Source: a virus
Taxonomy: Duplodnaviria; Caudoviricetes
Length of the DNA: 64,000 nucleotides
IMG/VR virus record: IMGVR_UViG_3300021400_000341
Location: 2,595 to 66,594 of that record
Strand: one strand, 5' to 3'
Shown: positions 41,226-50,835 of the stretch, piece after piece
Layout of the letters: each line of letters starts with the position of its first letter
Position numbering within the stretch: position 1 is the stretch's first letter
Notes under the pieces: model-generated
Databases searched by the model: none
The model's input: the letters and a program-made list of their open reading frames with translations, nothing else
What the model was told of the DNA's origin: nothing
Program-made: the position numbers and the translations under genes

Positions 41226-42050
41226 ATGTTTTATTACGAAAATGCTACTGAAAAATATGATAGTATTAAATTAGAGATTTATGAAGCATATGATAATGGA
41301 GAAATATCATATGATGAAAAAGAATATTTATTAGAAGAAAATGCCGATGATTATCTTAGTAATTATTCCGATGATTATTACTCAGAGGGTTTCGGTGATA
41401 CTTTTCATAAGATAACAAGTAAGTTTAATACAACTCCTGACAAAGATCATAAATATCATTATAATGATGAGGATGCTGTAAAAGCACAAATGATGAAAGA
41501 TTATAATGGTGCTGGCGATGATTCTGTTATAGGTAATAAGTTTAAGAAATTTGTCACTGATATATATACCGGTATGAGTCTAGGACAAACTGTAGAACAA
41601 ATAAAAGGTGATCTTAATAGGAGTAGTGTTTCATATCCCGCGGCATGGGAAAATCATGTGAATACTGTATATGCTGCACTTAAGAAGTCTGGAGGTTCTC
41701 CAACAAAGAAAGAGATCAGTGATCTCAGAAAACAGCTTATTAGTGATAAAGTTGCTAATGCTGAATTAGATGCACATTATAATGATAAAAGAACAGGAGT
41801 TACTTTAAGTGGACAAATCAAACGCGACAACGATATTAAACTTAAAAAACAACAAAAGGCTGCAAATGCTAAAAATAAATCTGAAGAACCTGATGATCCT
41901 ACTCATGCAAGACATTTGGGTAAGGTAGAAGAATTAAATAAGAAACGTGAAGCAGATAAATTAGCTGCAGACGAAAAAGCAGCTAGAGAAGAAAAAGCCG
42001 CGGAAGCTAGACGAAAATCTTTGGAGAGAAGATTTAGAATACGTAGATAA
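41226..42050 (+). CDS. Leader-bearing cargo protein (putative internal head protein)
   Basis: YDSIKLEIYEAYDNGEISYDEKEYLLEE near the N-terminus; basic coiled-coil C-terminus. Confidence 0.7.
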   Translation: MFYYENATEKYDSIKLEIYEAYDNGEISYDEKEYLLEENADDYLSNYSDDYYSEGFGDTFHKITSKFNTTPDKDHKYHYNDEDAVKAQMMKDYNGAGDDSVIGNKFKKFVTDIYTGMSLGQTVEQIKGDLNRSSVSYPAAWENHVNTVYAALKKSGGSPTKKEISDLRKQLISDKVANAELDAHYNDKRTGVTLSGQIKRDNDIKLKKQQKAANAKNKSEEPDDPTHARHLGKVEELNKKREADKLAADEKAAREEKAAEARRKSLERRFRIRR

Positions 42051-42204
42051 TAAAGATTGGATAAATATCCATAATTATAATAAATAGAGAGTGATAACAT
42101 TATTGCTCTCTATTTATTTCTTTCCATTTTAATTTTTATTACAAAAAAAGATTCCAGTACAATGTACTGGAATCTTTCTCTTATCGTTCTTCAATGATTA
42201 TTTC

Positions 42205-42396
42205 TTAGATTATTGAATCGTCAAAGTCATCTAAGAAATATTCATTTCTATTTTTATTATCACTGGTATTTTTAAATACCAGCCATCCCATAAAACCGAA
42301 TACTCCTATACCGCTAATAGCAGCTTCTATGATACTCAGATCTATACTCAACCCTTTATTGCCCGGGCCAGGCTTCATACTAAATCTATCTGTCAT
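42205..42396 (-). CDS. Small single-TM protein (63 aa)
   Basis: IIEAAISGIGVFGFMGWLVF segment; ATGA overlap with the upstream ORF. Confidence 0.65.
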   Translation of the reverse strand: MTDRFSMKPGPGNKGLSIDLSIIEAAISGIGVFGFMGWLVFKNTSDNKNRNEYFLDDFDDSII

Positions 42397-42569
42397 CTCT
42401 TTTCACCTACTTTCATAATTTTCTTAATGATAAAGTATCCTGCAGCACCAGTTAAAAATGCTATACCTAAGCCAACTTCTATTTCATTGAAATCGGCATG
42501 GTATCCTGTTGTTTTACCCCAGAAGTTTTTGTTCTCTTTGATGCTAAAGTTGTTAAAGTTATTTTTCAT
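42393..42569 (-). CDS. Small single-TM protein (58 aa), not in the ORF track
   Basis: MKNNFNNFSIKENKNFWGKTTGYHADFNEIEVGLGIAFLTGAAGYFIIKKIMKVGEKR; SD AAAAAGGA at the end of the conserved RNA leader. Confidence 0.75.
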   Translation of the reverse strand: MKNNFNNFSIKENKNFWGKTTGYHADFNEIEVGLGIAFLTGAAGYFIIKKIMKVGEKR

Positions 42570-42574
42570 TTGGT

Positions 42575-42631
42575 TCCTTTTTACAGGCTCAACTCACTGG
42601 TTGCCTGAGGGTGCTCTTGATATTATCTCCA
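42575..42631 (-). ncRNA. Conserved structured 5' leader, copy A
   Basis: GGAGAUAAUAUCAAGAGCACCCUCAGGCAAC-CAGUGA-GUUGAGCCUGUAAAAAGGA. Confidence 0.75.
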
Positions 42632-42702
42632 CACCAATATATTTATTATTTTTTATGACGCAATAAATTATAGCCGGTAAATATTATACCAGTTATAATT
42701 TT

Positions 42703-43041
42703 TTAGACGTTTCTACTAAATACTGTTAAAGCCTCTTCATTAAGTTTACCAATGTACTTAGCTTCCTTTTCACGAAGCTTTCTTAATATTATCTTATCAG
42801 ACTTTGACATATCAAAACTGATAATTACATTTAGTTCACTATCGTTAAAAGTTACTATTGTAGGTGATAGATTACCGGACTGGTGTCTTTCACCTCTATA
42901 CACGTAACAAATCCTATCAGATTCATTTTCGTGTAATTTATTTGACGGCTGTACACCATTTATTAAGGCATATGTACCGTCATTCAGCAGATAGATTTGA
43001 TAATCTTCATATCTGTTGATATGGTTCTTTAATTTAACCAT
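42703..43041 (-). CDS. Hypothetical protein (putative early)
   Basis: SD AAGGAGG; TTATACATAAT motif at 43122-43132. Confidence 0.7.
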   Translation of the reverse strand: MVKLKNHINRYEDYQIYLLNDGTYALINGVQPSNKLHENESDRICYVYRGERHQSGNLSPTIVTFNDSELNVIISFDMSKSDKIILRKLREKEAKYIGKLNEEALTVFSRNV

Positions 43042-43153
43042 TTTGAATTCCTCCTTTATGATTAAAATAAAGTGGCTATCTCCATAATGAAGATAACCAC
43101 TTCTTATTTTATTACACTAATATTATGTATAATTAAAAATACATTTAAATACA

Positions 43154-44854
43154 TCAACAGCCATCTATGATATATAATAAATCATAAGTTAATTTATTTA
43201 TATTAACTTCTATAGGTTGTCCTGTTAATTCTTGATTATAATAATTAACATATGTAAACTTTGTATTTATAAACGGAGATATTATACTTATAATATATCC
43301 CGGTTTAGATTTTTCAAGTTCACTATATTTCTCATTAATCAATCTTTTGTATATATCACTTTGTCCTATAGTGATTAAATACTTTTCATTCTTAATTATT
43401 CTATTATTAGTATTACCATACTTGTTACCTGTTAATATATAAGCTAACGGAGCATAGTTTTGTAAATCTACAGCTCCTTTACAATCAACACATCCATTAT
43501 TGTATAATAATATGTTTTTAGTAATTATTAATAACTTAGTTTGATCTCTTTTTGTTAACATAGCAACAGTTTTTGCTGAACCAAAATATTTAGCCCAGTA
43601 ATTATATAATAAATTCATTTGTAATTTATCATATTTATAATTTTCCATGAAATAATCTATTTCTTCATCACATATGTTTTCTCCATACATTTTCCATATG
43701 TAATCCATTTGTGTAGATATATTAACATCATTAAATACAACTTTACCCTCATCTATTTTTTCAAGATTCATTTCAAGTTTATCCATACCTGATAATCCAT
43801 CATCACCATCACGGTCTAAAACTATCTCAGTATGATTTCTTGCTAATTTCTCTTTACAGAAGAAGAATAATTGACATCTTAATAATGTTTTATTTAAACC
43901 TATTATAGATTCATTATATCCACCTTTTAAACTATTCCATGTAGACGGAAAAGTATATTTTACAATATTCTCACTTATGAAAGTATGTCTTAAGAATAAA
44001 TCTATATTAGTATTCATATCTTTTCCTAATATTTCTCTTTGCTTATATATAGGTGTATTGTAAGATTGATGCTCAGCTACTTTAGTTTTTACATATACAT
44101 ATAATTTGTTATATATATTAATACCTTCTCTTTTTACAGAGAAAATATCAAATAGCTTAATGTAGAAATTGTATATAATATCATCATTCTTATCTACCTT
44201 TATATTATTGATAGCTAAAAAGTGAAATAATACAGGAGCTATACATCTCATACCAAATGATATTCTAAGTAATATTTTAATATGAATATTTTTAAACTCA
44301 AGACTTTCTAAGTGTTTCTTTTTCTTTTTATTATAATTGAGAGTCTCAACAGTTTCACTTTCAATATCATCAATATAATTATCTTCAACCATATCACATA
44401 TTTTATCTACCATAGTATCTGTAAACATGAATTTATAGATATATGAAATAAGTTGATCATAATTATCAATAGTGAATCTTCTCTCTTTATCAATCATATA
44501 CTTTAGTTTTAAATAAGCTAATAATAACTCATTTTCAGTATCGTGAAATTTCATAAAATAATTTATATACTTCACAATAACCGGTAATTGATTTTCATAT
44601 GAATTTTTCTTTATGATAAAAGTATTATAATTCTTAATATTCTCAGCATTAAAATACTTATCAAAATTAATACAAAATAAATTCCTGTCCTGATACACTT
44701 TCATATCAGAAGCTTTTGGTTTCCACTTAGCAATCTTACAAACCTTATCATTAGGTTTTTTAAATTTAGCACCAATAACGAAACCATTATTATCGTAAAC
44801 GTATTCATCGTTTACTTGTTCTGCTATTATTTCATTTGTATTATTTACCTCCAT
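43154..44854 (-). CDS. Probable non-virion RNAP promoter-specificity (sigma-like) subunit, AR9 gp226-like
   Basis: Helical protein of fitting size, two genes from the chaperonin as in AR9 gp226/gp228 (recalled numbering), with its own early-type motif. Sequence match not verified. Confidence 0.5.
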   Translation of the reverse strand: MEVNNTNEIIAEQVNDEYVYDNNGFVIGAKFKKPNDKVCKIAKWKPKASDMKVYQDRNLFCINFDKYFNAENIKNYNTFIIKKNSYENQLPVIVKYINYFMKFHDTENELLLAYLKLKYMIDKERRFTIDNYDQLISYIYKFMFTDTMVDKICDMVEDNYIDDIESETVETLNYNKKKKKHLESLEFKNIHIKILLRISFGMRCIAPVLFHFLAINNIKVDKNDDIIYNFYIKLFDIFSVKREGINIYNKLYVYVKTKVAEHQSYNTPIYKQREILGKDMNTNIDLFLRHTFISENIVKYTFPSTWNSLKGGYNESIIGLNKTLLRCQLFFFCKEKLARNHTEIVLDRDGDDGLSGMDKLEMNLEKIDEGKVVFNDVNISTQMDYIWKMYGENICDEEIDYFMENYKYDKLQMNLLYNYWAKYFGSAKTVAMLTKRDQTKLLIITKNILLYNNGCVDCKGAVDLQNYAPLAYILTGNKYGNTNNRIIKNEKYLITIGQSDIYKRLINEKYSELEKSKPGYIISIISPFINTKFTYVNYYNQELTGQPIEVNINKLTYDLLYIIDGC

Positions 44855-44908
44855 TTTATTTTTACCTCCAATATATTTTTATGTGCAATTATATAATATA
44901 TAATTTTT

Positions 44909-45790
44909 TTATTTTTTAGTAGATTTTTTAGCTGTAACTTTATTTTTTCTACCGCCTGCTTTTACAACTTTACTATTATTAGATTTATCTTTATAAGTAC
45001 TCGAATTTGCTTTTCTTTTATTAATTCCTTTTATTACACTTGGTCTATTTTGATCCAAATCTTTTGCTAATTTACCACCATTATCTCTTAGCTTCTTTTC
45101 CTTAACAGCAGTTGCTTGTAAGTCATTATTTATTTCAGCCTTAAGTCTTCTCTCAAGACTAACTACATCTTTAGATATATTAACTTCTTCTGTATCTTGA
45201 ACTCTACTAAAGAATTTATTAGGGTCTTTAGTTCCCCACATTCTAAGATACATCTTACTGAAATATAATAATCTATGGTCAAGCATATATCTACAAGCAT
45301 AGTAAATAGAAGAGTCATATGATAATTCATATTTACTATTAGCTTTATCAGGAAGAACATTCAATGCACCTACTGGAAATTTATCATATAATGATTCTAT
45401 TAAATATCCTTCTAATTTATATAGTGAAGCATATCTATAAACAAATCCCGGACTGTTTGAAAAGAATTGTACATAGTACTTCCTAAGATCGCCTCTCTTT
45501 TTTAAAAGGTCTTTATCAGTAAAAAATTGTATAATAACATCATATTTTGTAATATGAATATGACTTTTGTCACCTTTTTTAATTTCGGACTCTGATGGTA
45601 CTTGTATATGTATAAAGAAATTATCTTCATATTCCAAAGCATTTACAAATTTAATACCTTTATTAGTTTTAGAGAATTTTAAATATCTATCCTCATAATC
45701 AGTTTTTTTAGTAAAGTCTTTTCTGTGAAATGGATTTTCTAAAAAATCTTCTAAAGTTTGGTCAGATATATTTATACTATTTAAGGGCAA
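44909..45790 (-). CDS. Hypothetical protein with a basic C-tail
   Basis: Lies between the chaperonin and the sigma-like gene. Confidence 0.7.
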   Translation of the reverse strand: MPLNSINISDQTLEDFLENPFHRKDFTKKTDYEDRYLKFSKTNKGIKFVNALEYEDNFFIHIQVPSESEIKKGDKSHIHITKYDVIIQFFTDKDLLKKRGDLRKYYVQFFSNSPGFVYRYASLYKLEGYLIESLYDKFPVGALNVLPDKANSKYELSYDSSIYYACRYMLDHRLLYFSKMYLRMWGTKDPNKFFSRVQDTEEVNISKDVVSLERRLKAEINNDLQATAVKEKKLRDNGGKLAKDLDQNRPSVIKGINKRKANSSTYKDKSNNSKVVKAGGRKNKVTAKKSTKK

Positions 45791-45806
45791 TTTAAATCAC
45801 CTTACC

Positions 45807-47648
45807 TTAACGAAGAACTAATTGGTTACCTGTTATTAATAAGGAAATTAAATCGATTATAGCTTTCAATATCTCTTTATCTGTTTCAGCACTATTTATT
45901 ACGTTCCCAGTAAAATCTTTATGTCTAATATCATAAACTACATTAGAATCTATTGATTTATTAATTATATTATCAATAACTTCTTCATCTACCATAACAT
46001 TAGATAATACTGTTTTATATACATTATAAAAGCCTTTATATAAAATATCTATGAAAAGTTTTGTAGTCTCATCTATATTAGTATCATCTTTTAAAGATTT
46101 TAATTTTCTTAATATAGTTAAACTACATCCGGGAACTATACCATTATCATATGCAGAAGCTGCTGCTTTTACAGAATCATCAACAACATCTTTTTTATAT
46201 CCTAAAGATAATTCACTATCTGCAGTAACTTCAATAACACCTGTCTTTAATTTCAAAGAATAATATCTTTTCTGTTTCTCAACCATATCAATACTAAATA
46301 CACCCATAGTTTCACATTTCTTACGAATCTCTTCATATGAGTCTTTAGCATCTTCAACAAATTGATTGTATAGTTTTTCATCATAACAAAATCCTGAGAA
46401 AGTACTCTCACTTAATCCTATCTCAGATTTTCTTGCATAACCTACAACAATACCATCTTTTTCATTGAATTTATAATCAAGAACATCAGTGTCTTTATTG
46501 TATAATGATATAGAACCATCACTGGTAACAACTTTACTATTTTTAATGTTTCTATTATTTACATTGAATAAGGTTGTTAATTGTGTACCTGAATTAAGCT
46601 TTTTTATAATATCACTAGCCATCTCTTTTGTAATAATAGTTGTGTTAAGAAGCATAGCTAAATCGTTTAATTTAACCTTAGATATTCCTGCCAATTTAGT
46701 ACATGTTGTAAGTACTAAACTAATAGTACCTAATCTCTTATACTCTAATAATAAATCTTTACTTATTACGTTATCTAATGCATATTCATCATAAAATGGA
46801 GCAATACAAACTAATTTTCTTCCACAGTGAGTTGAAAATCCGGCTAAACTTTTGAGTATATGATCATAAATATATCTATCTACTTTATGGTCAAATATAA
46901 TAAAATCAGCTTCATCTAATAGTAAAGTTGAATTATCATTATTTATATAAAGTTTATCAGTTAAAGATACATCTATATTATAACCATTTATTATTTTATA
47001 AGGTAGTGATGTTGTTGCAGACATACTACCTTCTGTAGTAACAGTAATAGCAGGATATTTTAACTCTTCATATAAATTACTTATACTTTCAGTAATTGAG
47101 ATATCTCCATTTGAAGATATATCAACAACTTTACTTATATAATCTTTTAATTTATCACTATCTTCAGTTTGTATTGATATTGATTTTTCATTAATATCTT
47201 TTAAAAGAATATCTTTGATATTATCAAAAATATCAAGTATATTCTTAGGAAGAATATTTTCATTCTTAAGTTTTTCCTTAATCTTGTAATATTCTTTATA
47301 TATAGTATTTGTAGCAATAATAGCTGTCGTAGTACCATCACCTACAGTGAAGTTTAATCTACGACATATACTCATTGCGATATCACATATAACCTGATCT
47401 AATTTCTTATCAAAGGCTATATTCTTCATTATAGTAAATCCATCTTTAGTATTAAAATAAGACGGGTATACTGAAATAAAAGCACCTGCTCCACCGGGAC
47501 CAAATGACTTTGATAATTTTTCCCAAAGTATATTAAATACTTTAGCAACCCTCTCTTCAAACGCATCCTCATCAATAACATTTACTGAGGGCTCGGAATC
47601 AAATTGATAATCAATGAAATTAACATCTTCTGTTTTTTTAAATTCCAT
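45807..47648 (-). CDS. groEL: Phage GroEL-like chaperonin
   Basis: SKSFGPGG, KDGFTIMKNI, VGDGTTTAII, DVVDDSVKAA...GIVPG. Confidence 0.9.
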   Translation of the reverse strand: MEFKKTEDVNFIDYQFDSEPSVNVIDEDAFEERVAKVFNILWEKLSKSFGPGGAGAFISVYPSYFNTKDGFTIMKNIAFDKKLDQVICDIAMSICRRLNFTVGDGTTTAIIATNTIYKEYYKIKEKLKNENILPKNILDIFDNIKDILLKDINEKSISIQTEDSDKLKDYISKVVDISSNGDISITESISNLYEELKYPAITVTTEGSMSATTSLPYKIINGYNIDVSLTDKLYINNDNSTLLLDEADFIIFDHKVDRYIYDHILKSLAGFSTHCGRKLVCIAPFYDEYALDNVISKDLLLEYKRLGTISLVLTTCTKLAGISKVKLNDLAMLLNTTIITKEMASDIIKKLNSGTQLTTLFNVNNRNIKNSKVVTSDGSISLYNKDTDVLDYKFNEKDGIVVGYARKSEIGLSESTFSGFCYDEKLYNQFVEDAKDSYEEIRKKCETMGVFSIDMVEKQKRYYSLKLKTGVIEVTADSELSLGYKKDVVDDSVKAAASAYDNGIVPGCSLTILRKLKSLKDDTNIDETTKLFIDILYKGFYNVYKTVLSNVMVDEEVIDNIINKSIDSNVVYDIRHKDFTGNVINSAETDKEILKAIIDLISLLITGNQLVLR

Positions 47649-47712
47649 ATTTTGTATACCTCCTTTTTAAGTAAATTATATTGTTGTTAGTTTAATAATT
47701 TATTTTTATAAG

Positions 47713-48408
47713 TTATTCTGTACATGTTCGCACATAAGATAATTTAAATGGATTCTCTTTATATAATTCATTAAAATCAAATCTTAAATTACCATCATTA
47801 TCAATATTATAACTATAATCAATAGCTAAAGTAATTGAAGACATTTTTAATTGGTCTTTATCTTTTAATTTAAAAATATTTCTATAATCTGAAAAGAAGT
47901 ATGTTGAGTTGTTTTTAGTTAAATCTATCAATTCATCTATATTATAAATGAACTTATTATCTGTATTAGTTTTAGCATCTAAGTGTTTCTTTACATAAGG
48001 ATTTTCATAAGGGTAATATATGATAACATCTTTACATACTTTAAGAGTCTTTACTTTCCTTGGTACATCTAACAATAATAGATTTAATGCATGTTCATAG
48101 AATACTTCATTTGTTTTTAATTCATCCTCAAATAACTTATCTAATTCTTCATTACTTATTTTATCAGGATATCTATTTAAATCATACAGTATATTTACAT
48201 TATTTCGTTTTACATACCATTCTAATAATCCTGTTTCACTTAAATAATCTATATCTTCTAATTTTAATATTTTATATAAATTCTTATTATACTTCATTAA
48301 TGATAAAAATCTATAATAAGGAGCTTGTAACATATCAGCATATTCTATAACAACATATTCCGAATTTAAAAAAATATTAGCACTATCAGCAGGCATATTA
48401 ATAAACAC
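47713..48408 (-). CDS. Hypothetical protein
   Basis: ORF with SD GAGGTG. Confidence 0.7.
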   Translation of the reverse strand: MFINMPADSANIFLNSEYVVIEYADMLQAPYYRFLSLMKYNKNLYKILKLEDIDYLSETGLLEWYVKRNNVNILYDLNRYPDKISNEELDKLFEDELKTNEVFYEHALNLLLLDVPRKVKTLKVCKDVIIYYPYENPYVKKHLDAKTNTDNKFIYNIDELIDLTKNNSTYFFSDYRNIFKLKDKDQLKMSSITLAIDYSYNIDNDGNLRFDFNELYKENPFKLSYVRTCTE

Positions 48409-48471
48409 CTCTTTCTTGAAAATATTAGAGTATAAGAATTTCTTATACTCTAATAATATTAATTTATTAAC

Positions 48472-49170
48472 TTATAACATATCTCCTATTCCGGAAAAAC
48501 TGGATACCGGAGCATTGTAATCATTCTGTGTATTAGATTGATTACTCTGTGTATTAAAATTAGCACTTCTATTAGCTTTAAAAGAATTATCTAAATTTAT
48601 ACTATGTGCTGAATCTCCTAAAACATTAACAAAATTTTTAAATTTATTATATACAAATAATAATTCACTATAACTTGTTTCAGTCTTAGGTTCATTTGTA
48701 ATAGCATCTATTACAATCGTATTTGTATTAAATTTATAAGTATATGCATTTGTAGTATCATAACTACCATCAGTATTTACAGGAGTTAATGTTAAGTATA
48801 CATTATCTGTACCATTTTCTTTCTTATAAGAAAATGTGGTAAGTATTTTTTGTCCTTTTACGCTAACTGATATCTCTTTACCATTATCTTGGTTATTGGC
48901 ATCTAATCTGGGTAATATATATTTACCAATAGCATTTGCTAATGCAGTTGTATTTTCAACAGTAAGAGCAGTCTGAATTCTCTTATTATAATCATATTGT
49001 CTTAATCCTTCAGATGAAACATTTTGTATAGGATTAATTTTTATAGAAATTTTATCACTCCAATATGATAATTGAAGTGATGCTGTATCACCAAAAAATG
49101 TTTTTATATTAGTATTTACATTATCAATTTTATTATTATTATAATTAGTTGTATTATTATTTGCAAACAT
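48472..49170 (-). CDS. Hypothetical protein, possible ssDNA-binding protein
   Basis: Beta-rich core and low-complexity N/Q/S tail ending GIGDML; weak inference. Confidence 0.35.
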   Translation of the reverse strand: MFANNNTTNYNNNKIDNVNTNIKTFFGDTASLQLSYWSDKISIKINPIQNVSSEGLRQYDYNKRIQTALTVENTTALANAIGKYILPRLDANNQDNGKEISVSVKGQKILTTFSYKKENGTDNVYLTLTPVNTDGSYDTTNAYTYKFNTNTIVIDAITNEPKTETSYSELLFVYNKFKNFVNVLGDSAHSINLDNSFKANRSANFNTQSNQSNTQNDYNAPVSSFSGIGDML

Positions 49171-49198
49171 GTAAGTTTACCTCCTTAATTTAATTTAT

Positions 49199-49339
49199 TT
49201 ATTTTATAACAGCATTTCCACAATGTGGACATTTGTATATGAAATCTAAAGATGGTTTATAATCTGTTTTATTACCACCTACTGTAAGTTTATCCATTAT
49301 ATTACCACATTTAAAACATATGCTATTTAATGGTATCAT
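49199..49339 (-). CDS. Zn-ribbon mini-protein (46 aa), not in the ORF track
   Basis: MIPLNSICFKCGNIMDKLTVGGNKTDYKPSLDFIYKCPHCGNAVIK: two CxxC pairs. Confidence 0.7.
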   Translation of the reverse strand: MIPLNSICFKCGNIMDKLTVGGNKTDYKPSLDFIYKCPHCGNAVIK

Positions 49340-49365
49340 ATCTTTCTTCAAAATAACCCCCATTT

Positions 49366-49680
49366 CTAAAAATTATCAAGATCTAATAAATTATTGTTTT
49401 CACCTAATAAATCACCATAAGAAAGCCATCTTATAATTATATCATAAATATCAGTACATTTACTTCCTTCAACTAATAATATTTCTTGAGTATTATTTTT
49501 TACAAGATATAATTTATCAGGTTCTAATAAATCCTCATTTACATCAGTTTCAGGGTTATAATTATCATTTTCATAATGATGTACAGGATAAACAAATCCT
49601 TTTTCATATACAATCTTATCTGAATTATCAAGTGTATATATGACAGATATATTATCAGTTGTAAGTTTTATATATTTCAT
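49366..49680 (-). CDS. Hypothetical protein
   Basis: ATGA overlap with 49677-50483. Confidence 0.65.
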   Translation of the reverse strand: MKYIKLTTDNISVIYTLDNSDKIVYEKGFVYPVHHYENDNYNPETDVNEDLLEPDKLYLVKNNTQEILLVEGSKCTDIYDIIIRWLSYGDLLGENNNLLDLDNF

Positions 49681-50483
49681 ACATCATCATCCTCATCAAT
49701 ACTAAATTTACTATCTTGATATTTTTTAAGTATTCTATTTCTTACAATACTTTCTATATGATAAAGGAAATCATAATTTACCATATCAATATATTTTCTT
49801 GTAAAGTTTCCTGTTATATTAAACTTATCATATCCTTCTTTCATGAATCTTGTTTCTAATGAAGAATCATCATCACAATTATCAAGGAAATCATCTATAT
49901 CTATATTAGATTTAAGAATACTTTCTATAATAGTAGGTAATGATGATAATATGTAAACATCAACAGGGTCAATAGAATCTTTCTTAAAAGATATAGTTGT
50001 AATATCTTTTTTCTTATTTACATTATCTAAATAAGTATCTCTATTTGCTTCTATTTTATTTAATATGAAGCATATAAAATTCTGTTTTATATTTATGATA
50101 AAAAATCTATATACAAAATGAATTAAATCATCTTGTTCATCTGGTGATAAATTATCGAATTCAGGAAATCCTATGTCAAAATATTCTTTAAACATATTTT
50201 GCATAAATATATAAAAATCATCTCTTAATTCTTCTAATTTATCCAGTTCTTCATCTTCATAAATATTTGCATTGTCTTTACTCATTTTATACATATTTAT
50301 GAATGTAGTGACATGGTCTCTTTTACCATATTCAAGGACGTCTTCAAATTGAGATTCTATATTTTCCTTAATCAAATTCAAAGGCATCTCTGATAAAAGC
50401 ATATCCACATCAAATTCATTTGGTTTATATTCATCATTAATATCAAACATATTATTTATCATCCTTTCTAATAAATATTTCAT
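49677..50483 (-). CDS. Hypothetical acidic protein
   Basis: Long ORF in an operon. Confidence 0.7.
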   Translation of the reverse strand: MKYLLERMINNMFDINDEYKPNEFDVDMLLSEMPLNLIKENIESQFEDVLEYGKRDHVTTFINMYKMSKDNANIYEDEELDKLEELRDDFYIFMQNMFKEYFDIGFPEFDNLSPDEQDDLIHFVYRFFIINIKQNFICFILNKIEANRDTYLDNVNKKKDITTISFKKDSIDPVDVYILSSLPTIIESILKSNIDIDDFLDNCDDDSSLETRFMKEGYDKFNITGNFTRKYIDMVNYDFLYHIESIVRNRILKKYQDSKFSIDEDDDV

Positions 50484-50558
50484 TTAGTAAATGGTTATTG
50501 TGTATATTTAAAAATATATTTAGTTATAATATGGATTAATATTAATATCACTTTACAA

Positions 50559-50589
50559 AAAGACTGAGGGAATTTCCCTCAGTCTTTTA
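50559..50589. terminator. Terminator after infA
   Basis: AAAAGACTGAGGGAATTTCCCTCAGTCTTTT. Confidence 0.8.
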
Positions 50590-50590
50590 T

Positions 50591-50809
50591 TTACTTAATT
50601 CTATATATTATTCTACCCTTTTTAGTATCATAAGGAGATACCTCTATTTTCACTTTATCCCCTCTTACTATATTAATGTGATTAATTCTTAATTTACCTG
50701 CTAATGTACACTCAACAAGTAAATCATCTATATCGTCAACTTTTACAACTGATATATTAGGTCTTATATCTATTACTTCACCTGTAAAAACTAAATCACT
50801 TTTAGACAT
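50591..50809 (-). CDS. infA: Translation initiation factor IF-1
   Basis: GEVIDIRPN...CTLAGKLRINHINIVRGDKVKIEVSPYDTKKGRIIYR matches IF-1 over its full length. Confidence 0.92.
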   Translation of the reverse strand: MSKSDLVFTGEVIDIRPNISVVKVDDIDDLLVECTLAGKLRINHINIVRGDKVKIEVSPYDTKKGRIIYRIK

Positions 50810-50835
50810 AGTATTTATCCTTCCTTTATAACTAT

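Noticed and set aside
42427-42666. Plus-strand 79-aa ORF from the track
   Set aside because: Antisense shadow of the RNA leader and the 58-aa minus-strand ORF, which has the proper SD.
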